A stretch of DNA of 63,669 nucleotides, counting the filler, from Asterionella formosa (taxonomy: Eukaryota), in NCBI GenBank assembly GCA_002256025.1. It is 26 parts of 26 records of this genome, joined end to end, with 100 filler letters (N's around TTAATTAATTAA, not from the genome) between each part and the next. Parts side by side here need not be neighbours in the genome. Positions count along the whole stretch, not along the records: positions 61,329 to 63,669 come from NKIB01015407.1; 25 more parts are not named here. One strand, given 5' to 3'. The position numbers and the translations under genes were made by a program. Below the pieces are notes generated by a model, which did no database searches, had not been told where the DNA came from, and saw only the letters and a program-made list of their open reading frames with translations. Shown here in pieces: positions 62,901 through 63,669 of this stretch (within the stretch, counting starts at the first letter, position 1; each line of letters begins with the position of its first letter).

Positions 62901-63669
62901 TTTGGTCTCCACTATTGGCCATACATGTTTTGGTATACTTGTTTCAAAGTACACAAAGGTAGACTAAAGCAATGAGGATAATTGTTCTCAACCACAAATG
63001 ATTCATAATGGTGTTACATAATTGAACTTACCAATCCTTTCCATTTACTAATGTATGTTATTAGTTATATTCTAGCATTAATATCTTCCTTAACAGTTTT
63101 GAGGTTCATCAAACTTGTCATGGTTCATTCCTTCTTCTCAGACCAAATGTCCAGTACATTTTGCTTTGTAATTTCAAGAAGTTTGCTGGTGCTTCCTTGA
63201 CAACCAATGTTAAAATCGCTCAAAACTATCTTGGCTGGAATGAGAGCCCTCGAGGAACCATCAACTCATTCTATAGTCCAAATGCTACAATTCTTGATCC
63301 AGCAGTGAACAAGCAATCCACAAGATCACAGTAAGGAACAATGATAGGAGAATGTTATTGATGGATGGACATTGCAATGGCCATGCATTGTGATGACCAA
63401 AAAAGCATTTTTGAGAGATAAATACTTAAATGGTGACCATTCAAGATTCTCAAGGTCTGCTTATACCAATTCAATGGTTATCTATCTGTCTAATTTTTGC
63501 ACTTTGAATGTATTAATGTCAATTCAATCCAGATTGTTGAAAATATTAATTGTTTCCAGGCCATCACCAAGACAGCAAGAGATTGGTCACTTTTAAAAAC
63601 AGGTTTTGGGGAGCCATGATGATAGCTTCTTGATCTTTTTGGATGGCAAGAATGCACTCTGCAGTAGTA

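Noticed and set aside
62900..63669. Possible decayed transposase remnants (also 37400-38300 and 1930-2340)
   Set aside because: No motif recognised with confidence in any frame.

Overview
This window is not a contiguous locus. It is 26 unrelated short contigs (~2.34-2.36 kb each, in roughly decreasing length) joined by an artificial 100-nt spacer (N44-TTAATTAATTAA-N44), so nothing can be inferred across spacers, and ORFs ending in XXX/LIN are artefacts. The DNA is eukaryotic and most consistent with a diatom or related stramenopile: short GT-AG introns, an HSF factor, ESF1, an SLT/SLC13 transporter, a PGRL1-like exon and diatom-type Copia elements. Most of it is transposon debris: several Ty1/copia families, Ty3/gypsy, an APE-RT LINE, pogo/Tigger, a MULE/FAR1 remnant, a Crypton tyrosine recombinase, a Plavaka/CMC-like fragment and non-autonomous repeats. 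The most interesting signals are: (1) two unrelated LTRs whose primer-binding site is a perfect reverse complement of a segment inside the LTR, a Tf1-like self-priming layout, one on a clear Copia; (2) that same Copia family has gag and pol in one frame split by a single conserved UGA with a stem-loop behind it (candidate readthrough); (3) another Copia appears primed by a 5' half of an elongator-type tRNA-Met and shows a pol-LTR-gag junction; (4) TA-to-TACCGGTA insertions that differ between repeat copies and may explain the pervasive GGTACC/TACC(A/T)GG tracts as accumulated transposon excision footprints. All family assignments come from motif recognition; no searches were run.
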